Shown: positions 11,648 to 25,798, counted from the first letter of the stretch. The stretch: DNA of 64,000 nt from Octopus sinensis (GCF_006345805.1 NC_042998.1:207762001-207826000), one strand, 5' to 3'. Notes: generated by a model not told the origin, from the sequence alone. A program made the numbers and translations.

Positions 11648-12050
11648 TACTATTATAGGTACGAAGTCTGAAATTTTGAGGAAGGTGGCCAGTGGATTAA
11701 ATCTACCTCAGTACGCAACGGGTACTTAATTTATCGATCCTGAAAGGATGAAAGGCAAAGTCAACCTTGGCAGAATTTGAACTCTGAACGTAGCAACGGG
11801 CGAAATACCTATTTCTTTATTATCCACAAGGGGCTAAACACAGAGAGGACAAACAAGGACAGACAAACGGATTAAGTCGATTACATCGACCCCAGTGCGT
11901 ACCTAGTACTTAATTTATCGACCCCCGAAAGGATGAAAGACGAAGTCGACCTCGGCGTAATTTGAACTCAGAACGTAACGGCGGACGAAATACGGTTACG
12001 CATTTCGCCCGGCGTGCTAAAGTTTCTGTCAGCTCGCCGCAATAATAATA

Positions 12051-12081
<31 letters not shown>

Positions 12082-12300
12082 TAAGTTTCAAATTCTGGCA
12101 CAAGGCCTGCAATTTCAGAAGGAGGAGGGGGTAAGTCGATTACATTGACTCCAGTGTTCAACTTGTACTTATTTTATCGACCGAGGTCAATTTTGCCTTT
12201 AAACTTTTGATTAAAGGCAAAATTGACTTCGGCGGAATTTGAACTCAAAACGCAGAGACGGACGAAATGCCTGGCGTGCATACGATTCTGGTACCTCGTC
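11648..12300 (-). mobile_element. SINE B cluster (dimeric copy + degenerate copy)
   Basis: Repeated gaaaggatgaaaggcaaagtcgacctcggcggaatttgaactcagaacg. Confidence 0.88.
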
Positions 12301-13231
12301 GCTTTAAAGACAACATTAATGAATTCTAACAGAGACAAGTCGACAAACCTTGGGGGATGCTATAATCGATTATATCGAACCGACTACGTGATATGCCCAG
12401 CGGTAGATGCCGCAGGATTGATTACAGCGCTCAGTAAAGCCGGCCCACGGGTAAGCTTTTACGACTGTTTCTTTTGAGGTGGTTTTCCTCAGGGTACGGC
12501 ATTCTTTTTACAACTTGCAATTTTCTTCTTCCTTGAGTTTATGCGCACTTCCAACTATTTGTGCAGGAATAACCAAGATATTTTGAAACAAGTCGAAATA
12601 TGCTTGGTAGTTATGTTTGTTATTTATGCAAGTTTGGTTCAGACATTTCAACTTTCTGGAATTAAACGCAGAGAAAGCGACAGCTGCAGTTCCAGGTAAG
12701 ATGTTTGTGTTAGGGTAGACGAATTTTCAATGAATATCGGAATCAGTTGAGTTTCAGCAACAATGAATTGTTGTCAACAATGGTGAAACAACAGATCAAA
12801 TATATCGCAGTGTTTGCTTTCTCTCTTCCAAATTTAAAATCAGCATATGGTGCTCCGAAATTTCAACCGTATAATGTAATACATATCACTCCATAACTTT
12901 CCAACTTTTAGAAATATTTCATTTCTAATGGCAAATGTAGTTACGGTCCTGGAAAAATATTTCCCTTTACATTCTGAATCCAAAACCCTGTCGTACGATG
13001 TGAGAAATCTCATTGTATAAAGACGCACCAAATACACTTTAGTAAAAGAAAATAGAACAAAATAGGATAAGATACAGCGGTTTGAAAGCGCTAAAAAGTT
13101 AGCCACAACACCCCAAAACGGGGCTCACTCCAACACCACATGAATGGCTTACTATCTACCCTATCTGCATACTGAACTATCTATCTATCTCTCTATCAAT
13201 CAACCCATCCATCAGCTATCTATCTATCTAT

Positions 13232-13505
13232 GACATTATTGACCGAAGTTACCGTGGTCTTTTCTGTAAGCTTTTCTCTCCACGGATAAGCCTTATCTGT
13301 TTCCCCCTTTACACTTTAGATCATGACATTTCTGTGATACACGATCCCTATTGATCGTTCTTTTTCTTTTTTCTTTTTTTTTACAATCCCTTTTGATCGA
13401 AAACACACCCACCCACCCCTTTTCTTTTCTTGTCCTCCAAAAGAAAAGCTCTACTTTGTAATTTGTCCCCTCTGTGTTCAGCCCTGTGTGGCTAATAAAG
13501 AAACA
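13232..13505 (+). mobile_element. Tx1/L1-like LINE 3' UTR in (ATCT)n context
   Basis: Near-collinear with 52510-52900 (ttgaccga..acgatccctattgatc..aaaagctctac..gccctgtgtggctaataaa). Confidence 0.8.
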
Positions 13506-13734
13506 TATCTATCGATTCATTTGTCTGTCTATCCACCTGTCTACCGTTTATCCATTTATACCTACTTCGTTATCCAAACCTTTAATACGTCCTTAAACTT
13601 TTTAAAACTTAAAAAAAAATTGAAAACTTTTCTATACAGTAATCCCTCGACTATCGCAGGTGTTACGTTCCAAACCCACCGCGATTGGTGAAAATCCGAA
13701 GTAGAAACAGTACTGTACTCTGTGTGTATGTATA

Positions 13735-13963
13735 TATATATAGAAAATAGAAAAGAGTGAAAAAACTACAGAAGGCTTGTTTTATAAGGTTAAAGATTAT
13801 ATTTAAGTCGTTATGTCAGAAGAATGTTATAAAATTTTTTCATACATGTTACTGTATGAAAACATTTTATAACGTTCTTCTAACATAACAACTTAAATAT
13901 ATTCTTTAACCTTATAAAACAAGCCTTCTGTAGTTTTTTCACTCTTTTCTATTTTCTATATAT
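13735..13963. repeat. Long near-perfect inverted repeat (~110-bp arms, ~6-nt loop)
   Basis: tagaaaatagaaaagagtgaaaaaactacagaaggcttg.. / ..caagccttctgtagttttttcactcttttctattttcta. Confidence 0.95.
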
Positions 13964-14014
13964 CTAACCACGTGCTTTCACACACCAACTTTCTCACCTA
14001 TATATATATATATA

Positions 14015-14420
14015 TACTCTTTTACTCTTTTACTTGTTTCAGTCATTTGACTGCGGCCATGCTGGAGCACCGCCTTTAGTCGAGCAAATCAACCCCGGGA
14101 CTTATTCTTTGTAAGCCCAGTACTTATTTTATTGGTCTCTTTTTGCCGAACCGCTAAGTGACGGGGACGTAAACACACCAGCATCGGTTGTCAAGCAATG
14201 CTAGGGGGACAAACACAGACACACAAATATACACACACATACATATATATATACATATATACGACAGGCTTCTTTCAGTTTCCGTCTACCAAATCCACTC
14301 ACAAGGCATTGGTCGGCCCGGGACTATAGCAGAAGACACTTGCCCAAGATGCCACGCAGTGGGACTGAACCCGGAACCATGTGGTTGGTAAGCAAGCTAC
14401 TTACCACACAGCCACTCCTG
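14015..14420 (-). mobile_element. SINE A, full length
   Basis: Consensus match. Confidence 0.92.
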
Positions 14421-14944
14421 TGTATATATATTTATTTTATTATAAATGCAAAAACACCACCATGGTGGAATCAGCATAAGCTTAAATAATAAACCGCGAT
14501 AGGTGAACCGCGTTGTGGCGAGGGATTACTCGCCAAACTTCAAAGCCTTCATATCCATGATTTTAAAAAACAAAAATTACATCTCCCCCCAACCTACCAC
14601 AGAAAATTAAACCTACTCCATTACCTTTATTGCGTTCTATATCGATTCACTTTATTTTTTCTCATTTCCCAACTTTATTGCATCTTAGCCGTTATTTCCT
14701 CTCGTCTTCCTCTCCTACTTATGGCTTCACTGTTTTCTTATTAAACTGCGACCACGTTGCTCCAGACACACCAACACGTCGTTAAAAAACACTGAATTAT
14801 ATGAGATGGTCACATTTGGATTGTCTTTGATCATGAGCCTGAAACAAAACAGATAGCAATATAATTTTGATGTGAATGGATGAACTCAACCGCTAAGTTT
14901 ATAAAGGAGTTAAAAACTAAAGATAGATGGAAATATTGTAAATC

Positions 14945-15407
14945 AGAGGCATAGTTATATGGTTAAGGAGCTCGTTTTGCAGCCAGATGGTTTCAGGTTC
15001 AATCCCATTGTACAGCAGGTAGCTTCTATTAAATCTCTGGGCCGACCAATGTCGTCTGAGTTAATTTGGTAGATGGAAACTGTGTGGAAGCCTGTCGTAA
15101 ATAAATAAATGCAGTGTGCGCGTGTCCTCCCACCACCGCTTGACAATCGGTGATAGTTTGTTTACATCCCCGTAACACAGCAGAATCAGCAAATGAGACC
15201 GAATGAATAAGGACCAGGCTTTAAAAAAATAAATATATAGGGCGTGGCTGTATGGCAAGAAGCTTACTTCCCAATCACATGGTTCCAGGTTCAGTCCCAC
15301 TGCATGGCACCTTGTGCAAGTGTCTTCTACTATAGCCTCAGGCCGACCAAAGCCTTGTGAGTGGATTTTGTTGACGGAAACTGAAAGAAGCCCATCGCAT
15401 ATATATG

Positions 15408-15453
<46 letters not shown>

Positions 15454-15650
15454 TGTGTATGTGTGTGTGTGTGTGTGTGTCCATCATCGCTTGATAACCG
15501 ATGTTGGTGTGTTTTCGTCCCCGTAACTTAGTAGCTTGATGAAAAACCGATAGAATAAATACTAGGCTTACAAAGAATAAGTCCTGGGGTCGAATTGTTC
15601 GACTGAAGGTGGTGCTCCAGTATGGCCGCAGTCGAATGACTGAAACAAGT

Positions 15651-15687
<37 letters not shown>

Positions 15688-15890
15688 TACCTGTGTATGT
15701 GTGTCTGCAATCGTTCTCCCCCCCTCGCATCCTTTCACACACACCAGCTTGACAACCGGTGTTAATTTATCAGCGGTTAGCTGCAAAGATACAATGAAGT
15801 AAAAATAATTGGGGTCGATTTGTTCGACCGAAACCTACAAGACAATGCACCAGCATGGCCGCAGTTCATTGATTTAAACCAATAAACGAT
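14945..15890 (+). mobile_element. Tandem/nested SINE A copies
   Basis: Diverged copy 14945-15225, younger copy 15240-15652, tail fragment to about 15890. Confidence 0.82.
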
Positions 15891-16390
15891 TACAGTTTTC
15901 GCCCCATATCGTTCATCCAACAGCGTTATTAGTACATTTGTACCGAATGCACTGCATCGTCAACAAATACACTCAACCTCCACCGACCTAATCTAATTCC
16001 TTAGAAATGTTTACCACAAGAATGAGCAGCAGCGCGGTGCTGTTTATAACAAACGTCCCATTAAGTTTTCTGTGAATTTCCATTCGTTTCCTCTGGCATC
16101 ACGACAAAAATGGAAACCTTTAGATGAGTTTAATGAACCGATCTTATAAGGAACATTGCATTAAGTTGCTATCTCAGGGTTTTTCTTTTCCATGTTGTGT
16201 TCTTCCATCCAGTTAGAAATGGGACGAATATTAGTCTATAGAATTTCTATTTATTAGAATTAGAGCTCCGTACTAAGGAGGAAATTCTATATCAATTCAG
16301 CAAAGTTTCCAAAAGCTATGAAAAGAAAATTACAGAACAAAACAAATTCACTTGAGAGCTTGTTTTGTTTCTATCGCAAAAACGAACACC

Positions 16391-16426
<36 letters not shown>

Positions 16427-17244
16427 TTATTCGTCAGCTCATTTCTGCTTATTAAAGTGAATGTTTGGGATGATAAGGTCGTTATTCAATTAATTCCAAG
16501 AATCCGCATTAATGATCTATCATAGAAGACAGAATAATATCATCGATTAACTTGCCTTCAGGCGGAACAAGCTGGAACTTAAAATCTAACTGCTACTCGT
16601 CAGCGTCTTCTATCGGAATCAACATTTATTTCTCTAATTTAAAACTTAATGAACGACGACAAAATGGAAGGTGAAAATATTAAATTGGGATACTTATATG
16701 TCAAGTAAGGAAGGATTAGCGGAAAGTTTTTCAAACGTTAATTACTCTGTAGATTAAAATTGTCTCAATACCTTATAGGTCATCACCGCAACGCTGATCA
16801 CTTTCAGGAGACTTGTCGCCGCTATTTTAACCCGAGAGAGAGAGAGAGATGGGGGAGATTTGTAAAAGTTTCTAGTTTATCATGGATTACGGGGGACAGA
16901 AGATATTTATGAACGAGATTGCAATGAAAGTTCGTTAACTGCAACGCTAAATGAGGTCAGCCAAAACAATTTCTTTAGAGATCGATTAACGCTGTTATAA
17001 TTGGGTCTCTTTGTGAGTATTCGCGCGCATGCACGCACACGCCATATATACACATCTCCCTCTCTCTTTCATATATATATATATATATATATAATTAGAT
17101 AGATAGACTACATATATTCACGCACGTAAGTAGACAGATCTATTTGTGTATACGTATCTATGTCTCCATGTAAGTACATAAGCCGCCGGGCTGGACAAAG
17201 TCTCAATCAACACGATATATATATACATATATATATACATATAT

Positions 17245-18006
17245 GTTCTACTTTAGGCACAAGGCCCGAAATTTGGGGGGAGGGGGCCAGTCCATTAGAT
17301 CGACCCCATTACACAACTGATACTTAATTTATCGAGCCCGAAAGGATGAAAGGCAACGTCGACCTCGGCGAAATTTGAACTCAGAACGTAGCGGCAGACG
17401 AAATACCTATTTCTTTACGACCCACAAGGGGCTAAACACAGAGGGGATAAACAAGGACGGACAAGCAAATTAAGTCGATTACATCGACCCCAGTGCGTAA
17501 CTGGTACTTAATTTATCGACCCCCGAGAAGAGGAAAGGCAAAGTGGAATTTGAACCTAGAACGTAACGGCAGACGAAATACGGCTACACATTTTTTTTAC
17601 TACCCACAAGGGGCTAAACACAGAGAAGACAAACAAGGACAGACAAACGGATTAAATCGATTATATCAACCCCAGTGCGTAACTGGTACTTATTTAATCG
17701 ACCCCGAAAGGATGAAAGGCAAAGTCGACCTCTACGGAATTTGAACTCAGAACGTAGCGGCTGACGAAATACCTATTTCTTTACTACCCACAAGGGGCTA
17801 AACACAGAGAGGACAAACAAGGACAGACAAACGGATTAAATCGATTATATCAACCCCAGTGCGTAACTGGTACTTATTTAATCGACCCCGAAAGGATGAA
17901 AGGCAAAGTCGACCTCTACGGAATTTGAACTCAGAACGTAACGGCAGACGAAATACGGCTACGCATTTCGCCCGGCGTGCTAACGATTCTGCCAGCTCGC
18001 CGCCTT
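17245..18006 (-). mobile_element. SINE B multimer (one head, four body units)
   Basis: Units of about 180 bp joined at aaagaaata|ggtatttcgtc; the last unit ends with the ..ggccttgtgcctaaagtagaa tail. Confidence 0.92.
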
Positions 18007-18165
18007 TATATTATGTATATGTGCGTGTGTGTATGTATGTGTGTGTGTATATATGTATGTATGTATGTGTGTGTGTGTATGTGTGTCTGCGCGTGCACGC
18101 GCGCGCGCTATTTAGATTCGTTTCGATTATCTGCAACGAGAGTTCAAATTCCACCAAGGTCAACC

Positions 18166-18386
18166 GGCGAAAGTAAATACGAACACCCAGTGTTTATGGG
18201 GTACAACTTAATTAAGTCTCGATGCATCTACATAACCCTAAAATTAACCCTAGACCCTAACCAGTGTGCATTGTAAAAACATCGTTACGTCGACGCGTCG
18301 GGACCTCTATATTTAATTTGTGCCGTTTAGGGTTCGGGTATATGTTACGCCGAAAACGGGTGGTGTACGTATTCGTTACCTCCGCC
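18166..18386. mobile_element. Merlin-like MITE inserted in a SINE B fragment
   Basis: GGCG..CGCC termini, imperfect TIR, 8-bp TSD ggtcaacc (18158-18165; 18387-18394). Confidence 0.7.
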
Positions 18387-18469
18387 GGTCAACCTTGTCT
18401 TTTACCATTTCGGGATCTTAAAAAGAGCCCTGAGGGCAGGGCAGGGAAATGGCGGAGTTGTTAGAGTAT

Positions 18470-18590
18470 CTAGAGCGAGGTCATGTGGTATCTGTTTGGA
18501 TTCTGTATGGTTGATGCAGCTGGCATCCCAATCTTACATATACCATTGCCGTGGGTTATATTGTTGTTGTTGTGGTGGTAGTCATGGTAG
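18470..18590 (-). CDS. Weak candidate terminal exon
   Basis: Acceptor ttttcattcatctgCAG, then YHDYHHNNNNITHGNGICKIGMPAASTIQNPNRYHMTSL*; non-repetitive context. Confidence 0.2.
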
Positions 18591-18784
18591 CTGCAGATGA
18601 ATGAAAATGTATTTCTTGAGCTGCGTGTGGAAGTAATTAACGATTGAACAATTAACAAACGATTTATTTACTCAACAGAATGGTTTCCGTGTTGGTCCTT
18701 TAACAAAATCTGACTGCGACAATTACACACCAGGTGGGACACACTAATGAGACTTAAGATTTTATATATAGATAAGTAGCTATA

Positions 18785-19112
18785 TGCGCAAGAGTGGCTG
18801 TGTGGTAAGTTGCTTGCTCACCAACCACATAGTTCCGGGTTCAGTCCCACTGCGTGGCACCTTGAGCAAATGTTTTCTACTAAAGCCCTAGATCAGTCAT
18901 AGCCTTGTGGGTGGACTTGGTAGACGGAAACTGAAAGAAGCCCGTCGTATGTGCGTGTGTTCGGGTTTGTCCTCGTGACCTGGCCAAAAAAGATTTACAA
19001 AATAAGTACCAGGCTTGAAAAGTAAATGTCCTGGGGTCGATTCATTCGACTAAAAGTTCTTCAAGGCGGTGCCTCAGCATGGCCGCAGCCTAATGACTGA
19101 AATAAAAGATAA
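18785..19112 (+). mobile_element. SINE A
   Basis: Family match with internal deletion. Confidence 0.85.
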
Positions 19113-20074
19113 AATTTAAAAATTCTGCAACAGTTATTTCTGCCACCATCAAAAGTGAATAAAATTCCAAAAACCAAGACTTACCGTCGATTTCCTATAC
19201 TTTGGAACGATGTTGTGCTCCCATGTGATAACGGAGACCATAATTGAGCACATCACCTATTTGATGCGGTTGAAGGTGTATGGCCTGGTAGTTAAGAGTG
19301 TTTGGTTCATGACCGTAAGGTCGTCGGTTCGATTTCTGAACCAGGCGATGCTTTGTCTCTTTCAGAAAAGGTACATCATCTTTTCACGTTCCCCTAGTTT
19401 ACTCAGCTGAAAATGAAAACAGCCCCAGTCTCTCTCACATTTTAGCTGTCGCTTACTTTCTCGATTATCTGCTGGATCGAATGCGAGAGGGCCGAGAGAG
19501 GCTCCATGTCGGTCCGAAACACTCCATAATGACCCACAACAATTAGTAAAAGCATAGTATCAGCTGTCGGATCAGACTTGCTCGCGAATCTCATAAACTG
19601 ATCTCAAAGATGAGTTTCTTCAAAGTGCTACTCCTGTTTCCAGTAGTGGAACTTGCCAATATATGGATCCTACAGACAACGAAAATGATAAAGAAGATGA
19701 GATATTCGTGTTGTCCATAGGTATTAAATGGTGCTATACAGTGGATATGAACTAGCATCTAGCACTTCAGCCATTTGTAGATCGGTCTCTGGACCCTTGG
19801 AAATTAATTTACGGAAGATAAATTAAAGAAGTATTTTTAAAATTAAGATCAACCTTGTGTTTTTTTAAAGAAGAATGTAATGACTGAGGAACTTGCAGAA
19901 CTTAAACATTAGAATCCCAAACGAAATGGCATTTAACGTTTCGTGTTGTCCCAAGTGAAATTGTACAAAGAATATAAGCATATGCAGTAATTATCCAGAT
20001 TTGGTATATTCTATTTCAACAAAATGCTACCATCTACTCTGTGTGCTGCCCTAGTGGCAAATTATATAAAATAA

Positions 20075-20448
20075 AGTAGCATGCTTACCAACCACATGGT
20101 TCTGGGTTCAGTCCTACTGCGTGGCATCTTGGGCAAGTGTCTTCTACTATAGCCCCGGGCCGACCAATGCCTTATTAGTGGATTTGGTAGACGGAAACTG
20201 AAAGAAGCCCGTCGTATATATGTGTGTGCATGTATGTTTGTGCGTCTGTGTTTGTCCCCCTAGCATTGCTTGACAACCGATGCTGGTGTCTTTACGTCCC
20301 CGTCACTTAGCGGTTCGGCGAAAGAGACCGATAGAATAAGTACTGGGCTTACAAAGAATAAGTCCCGGGGTCGATTTGCTCGACTAAAGGCGGTGCTCCA
20401 GCATGGTCGCAGTCAAATGACTGAAACAAGTAAAAGAGTAAAAGAGTA
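20075..20448 (+). mobile_element. SINE A
   Basis: Family match; (GTAAAAGA)2 tail. Confidence 0.9.
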
Positions 20449-21428
20449 TTTCCTGCGAATAACGTCTAGTTTTAGAAGATGGTCGATAATGTATAACCGT
20501 TTATAGCAACAACGATGTATTTAAGTGAAAAATTATCAAACTGCGTGATACATAAAACCCGATATACCACATGCGATAACAGAATTGGACAAACCTGAAG
20601 TTTGATAAACTCCAAAATAAGTCTGGTTTAAAATATCAAATAGAAATACTATTTTCTTTTATTTGTAGAAATACAGCTTAATATTGAACATAACCTTGTA
20701 TTTCGTTTAGTGATGAGAAATATTTAATTAACGATTTTTCATAAATGGTTTTGAAAGGAGTCTTAAAGCTTGAACAATAACTGGTATTTATATACACACG
20801 CTAAGGGGGGGGGAGGGAAACAATACGATATTTTATAGAGTTTCAATTCGTTTAATTTTATTTTGACCAAAATAATGAATTTAATGATTTTATTATAAAA
20901 TAATCGGGTGTGAAATGTCAAATATTTCGAACTTTGAAGATTTATTTTAAAAGGAATCATCTAGCTTCTGTAAAATACCAGAGATTCTTTACTGAGCTTT
21001 GTTTAATTAATGGAAATGTCTGGGCAAGTATAGTAAGTTTGCAGTTTATATATTGTAGCAAAATGTTCTAAAATACAAGTTAAATTGGCTTTTGCACAAA
21101 ATCAAAATTCAAGCTTTATTTTTAATTTTGTCTCACATTAAAGAGGTGGGAGAGGGAATAGATTAATTTCAATGCGGAAGAAAATACTCAAAACAACAAA
21201 AAGTTAACAAATCAGAAAAAAGAAACACACATCCAAAGCGTTTGGTTTTTAATATGCTTTGCTTGCACATATAATTCCAGACGCAGATTATTCTAACATA
21301 CACCCACAAAAAATTTAAAAGTTTAAATTTATAAATTAACACGTTAAAATTTCTGGGTCTCTAAATAAAAGGAAAACTGTTTTATAAAGTCTTAAAAATA
21401 TCTTTTTTGTTTTTTTGTGCAAAATCGT

Positions 21429-22730
<1,302 letters not shown>

Positions 22731-22794
22731 CTAGTTTAATACCTAAAAGCTGTCGGCCTTTCTTTCTGACCTTTGCAGTTAAACTTCCCCAATA

Positions 22795-22895
22795 AACCGA
22801 TTGGTTTCGATTTTGGCCGAAACATCCCGAACATCACTGCTGCTTCTTATATCTTGTGGCCACATGGTATGATTTAAAACATTCTCATTGGTTAT
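22795..22895 (-). promoter_or_regulatory. Candidate proximal promoter of the RING-NHL gene
   Basis: Minus-strand AACCAAT boxes near 22890 and 22802 and a TATAAG-like motif near 22848, all 80-180 bp upstream of the ATG. Confidence 0.3.
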
Positions 22896-23109
22896 TCAAA
22901 ATTAACTATATTTTTTACATCCAATTTTCTTCATCCAAACTATTTTGTTTCATGTATAACTGGCAATTGAGTGGTTCTCGGTTCAAATCGTAGACGTTTC
23001 CGTTATTTTATTTAATTTTTATTATTTTTAAAATAAATTATCTTATTTCATTTTTACTATTGAATACCAAATAGAATTATTTTAACTCAATTGCTGGCAA
23101 AGTTGTAAG

Positions 23110-24495
23110 TAAGACGACGAGCTGGCAGAATCATTAACACGTGGGACACAATACTTAGCAACCTTTCTTCCGGATCTTTTCGTTCTGAGTTCAAATCCCG
23201 CCGAGGTCATCTTTAGCTTTCGTCCCTACAGAGTCGATAAAATAAGTACCATTCAAGTAGTGGGGTCGATATTATCGACTTGTCCGTGCCCTTGTAACGG
23301 ACCAGAATCTCGTTTAAAGGGGATGCTGGGATCTTGGTCACTTATACGTCACGGGAACGGGGCCGCCGGAGCTAAAAACAAACTGTAGTAATTGGCAAAC
23401 CAGGCTTGACTCAAAGTCCATTATTTAAATCACTTCACTTCAGCAACGCTGCTTCTGTCTTCGGGAAACGAATGAACCTCACTAATTCTTGCTCTTTGTT
23501 CACACCAAAAATAAGGAAGTTGTGCCTCTACTGAAAGAAATCATCGTAGGGACTTTTCATATCTAAGATATTGGTTCAAAACCTTGTCACGGAGCTAGCA
23601 ACTTCAGATGAGAGGTCAAGTGGATTATATCGATCCCAATGCTCAGCTGGTACTTGTTTCATCGACCCCACAAGGATAAAAGGTAAAGTCGACCTCTGTG
23701 GTGTATGAACTCAGAATATAAAAACAGACGAAATGCCGCCAAGAATTTTGTCCGGTGTGCTAAAAATTCTGACAACTACTCTAGGCACAAGGCCCGAAAA
23801 TTTTGGGGAGGGGGCCAGTCGATTAGAGCGACTCCAGTATGCAACTGGTACTTAATTTTTCGACCCTAAAAGGATGAAAGGTGAAGTCGACCTCGGTGGA
23901 ATTTGAACTCAGAACGTAACGGCAGACGAAATACCTATTTCTTTACTACCCACAAGGGGCTAAACATAGAGGGGACAAACAAGGACAGACAAACGGATTA
24001 AGTCGATTATATCGACCCCAGTGCGTAACTGGTACTTAATTTTTCGACCCCAAAAGGATGAAAGGCAAAGTTGACCTCGGCGGAATTTGAACTCAGAACG
24101 TAACAGCAGTCGAAATACCGCTTAAGCATTTCACCCGGCGCGCTAACGTTTCTGCCAGCTCGCCGCTTTATAATCACTACGAATTTTCTTTTCTACTCTA
24201 GGCACAAGACCCGAAACTTTTGGGGAGGGAATCAGTCGATTAGATTGACCCCAGTACACAACTAGTACTTAATTTATAGACCCCCGAAAGGATGAAAAGC
24301 AAAGTCGACCTCGGCGGAATTTGTACTGAGAACGTAAACAAACGAAATAACGCTAAGCATTTCGCCCGGTGAGGTCGACTTTGCCTTTCATCCTTTCGGG
24401 GTCGATAAATTAAGTACCAGATGCATACTGGGGTCGGTCTAATCGACTGGCCCCTTCCTCCAAAATTTTGGACCTGTTGCCTAGAGTAGAAAAGA
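23110..24495. mobile_element. SINE B cluster (at least 5 units, both strands, with an inverted pair at 24185-24495)
   Basis: Repeated family B body and both tail types. Confidence 0.88.
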
Positions 24496-24765
24496 TTACA
24501 ATTCGTGATTCGTAGTCATGATATTGATCTTGGAAGATAGAAGATACGAAGTGGATTTAGACGCGATTTGAACCCCTACGAGCAATATTACTGCGTATAC
24601 AAACATTTCATTTATAACATTGTAAAGTTTTGTTTAATTGACTAAGAAGAGAAAAACACATTGTTATTATTAGCTACAGGCGTGGTCGTTCGTCTTGCTA
24701 GAAATAGCAGCCATGCCGTCCTCGAATTATACTCTGATATCTTAACTGTTTAGCATTCAGATTAC

Positions 24766-25162
24766 GGATCTTTTCAGTTTGACCGGCAGTTTTTAAAAAT
24801 AATTTCCACGTAACTAAACACTTTGGTAGAATGTGTTTATAAAACATCTTTTTCTCTTGGCTTTATTGAGAAAATTCTATAGTTTGTAAGATATTTGTTG
24901 TTGTTTTTTCTTCTGCAATTTCAACCAAGCAATGACGTCTATTAAGGTGAAAACATTCTTTGCCGTATGAATATGTTCCTCGTTTAAGAAACAGATTGGG
25001 TTTATTTACATTTCTGAAGAAAAAAAGATACCCTTCCCTCCACCCCTAACCCTAACCCTAAAACAGATTGAAATGCAATAGATCGATACTAGGGTCATAA
25101 TTATGGGTAACAATTTCATATGACACCGCTAGAAAAAACTGCCGTTCAAACCGAAAAGATCC
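24766..25162. mobile_element. Merlin-like MITE
   Basis: TIR ggatcttttcagtttgaccggcagtttt / aaaactgccgttcaaaccgaaaagatcc; 8-bp TSD cagattac; partial copy at about 41725-41925. Confidence 0.85.
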
Positions 25163-25276
25163 CAGATTACTCTGTCAACTGGGATGCTTCTTTATTCACA
25201 TTGTTTCGAATTAATCCTGCATTATGTCATAGTCTTCAGATTTCATTTGTGTGGTTGTTTATTTTTAGCCTAACGT

Positions 25277-25699
25277 CGGCGCAGGCGTGGCTGTGTGGTA
25301 AGAAATTTGCTTTCCAGCCACGTGGTTCCGGGTTCAGTCTCATTACGTGGCATCTTGAACACGTGCCTCCTACTATAGCCTCGAGCCGACCAAAGCCGTG
25401 TGAGCTGATTTGGAAGACGGAAACTGAAAGAAGCCCGTCATCTATATATATAAAGATGAGAATGTGTGTGTCTCTGTGTGTCTGTTTGTCTGTTTGAATT
25501 CCTAAAACTCGAGAACTGCACAACCGATTTCATTCAAATTTTACGCATTCCTTGCTTAGGATCCATACAGCGTCATGAGCCCCAAAATTTTTCAACTTCT
25601 TGCCTAATGCGAGCCTAGAGTAACCTCTTACACTATTTCAGTATTACGCCTCTATTGTAATGTGAGATAACACTTTCAGTTTGAAAGCAGTCTGTGCTG

Positions 25700-25737
<38 letters not shown>

Positions 25738-25743
25738 ATATAT

Positions 25744-25798
<55 letters not shown>

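Larger units (their letters stand above)
13637..14530. mobile_element. Tc1/mariner (pogo/Tigger-like) MITE with nested hairpin and SINE A
   Basis: TA|CAGTAATCCCTCG.. left end and ..CGAGGGATTACT right end. Confidence 0.7.

Noticed and set aside
17245-18006. Regularly spaced repeats resembling a CRISPR array
   Set aside because: The units are wholly homologous SINE bodies with no unique spacers, there are no cas genes, and the context is eukaryotic.
19560-19800. Coding-like composition
   Set aside because: Stops occur in the frames examined and no homology was recognised.
23293-23520. Possible LTR remnant starting TGTAAC
   Set aside because: No matching second LTR, CA end, PBS or TSD could be identified.
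25045-25062. TAACCC repeats as an interstitial telomere
   Set aside because: Only 2-3 units, located inside a MITE.
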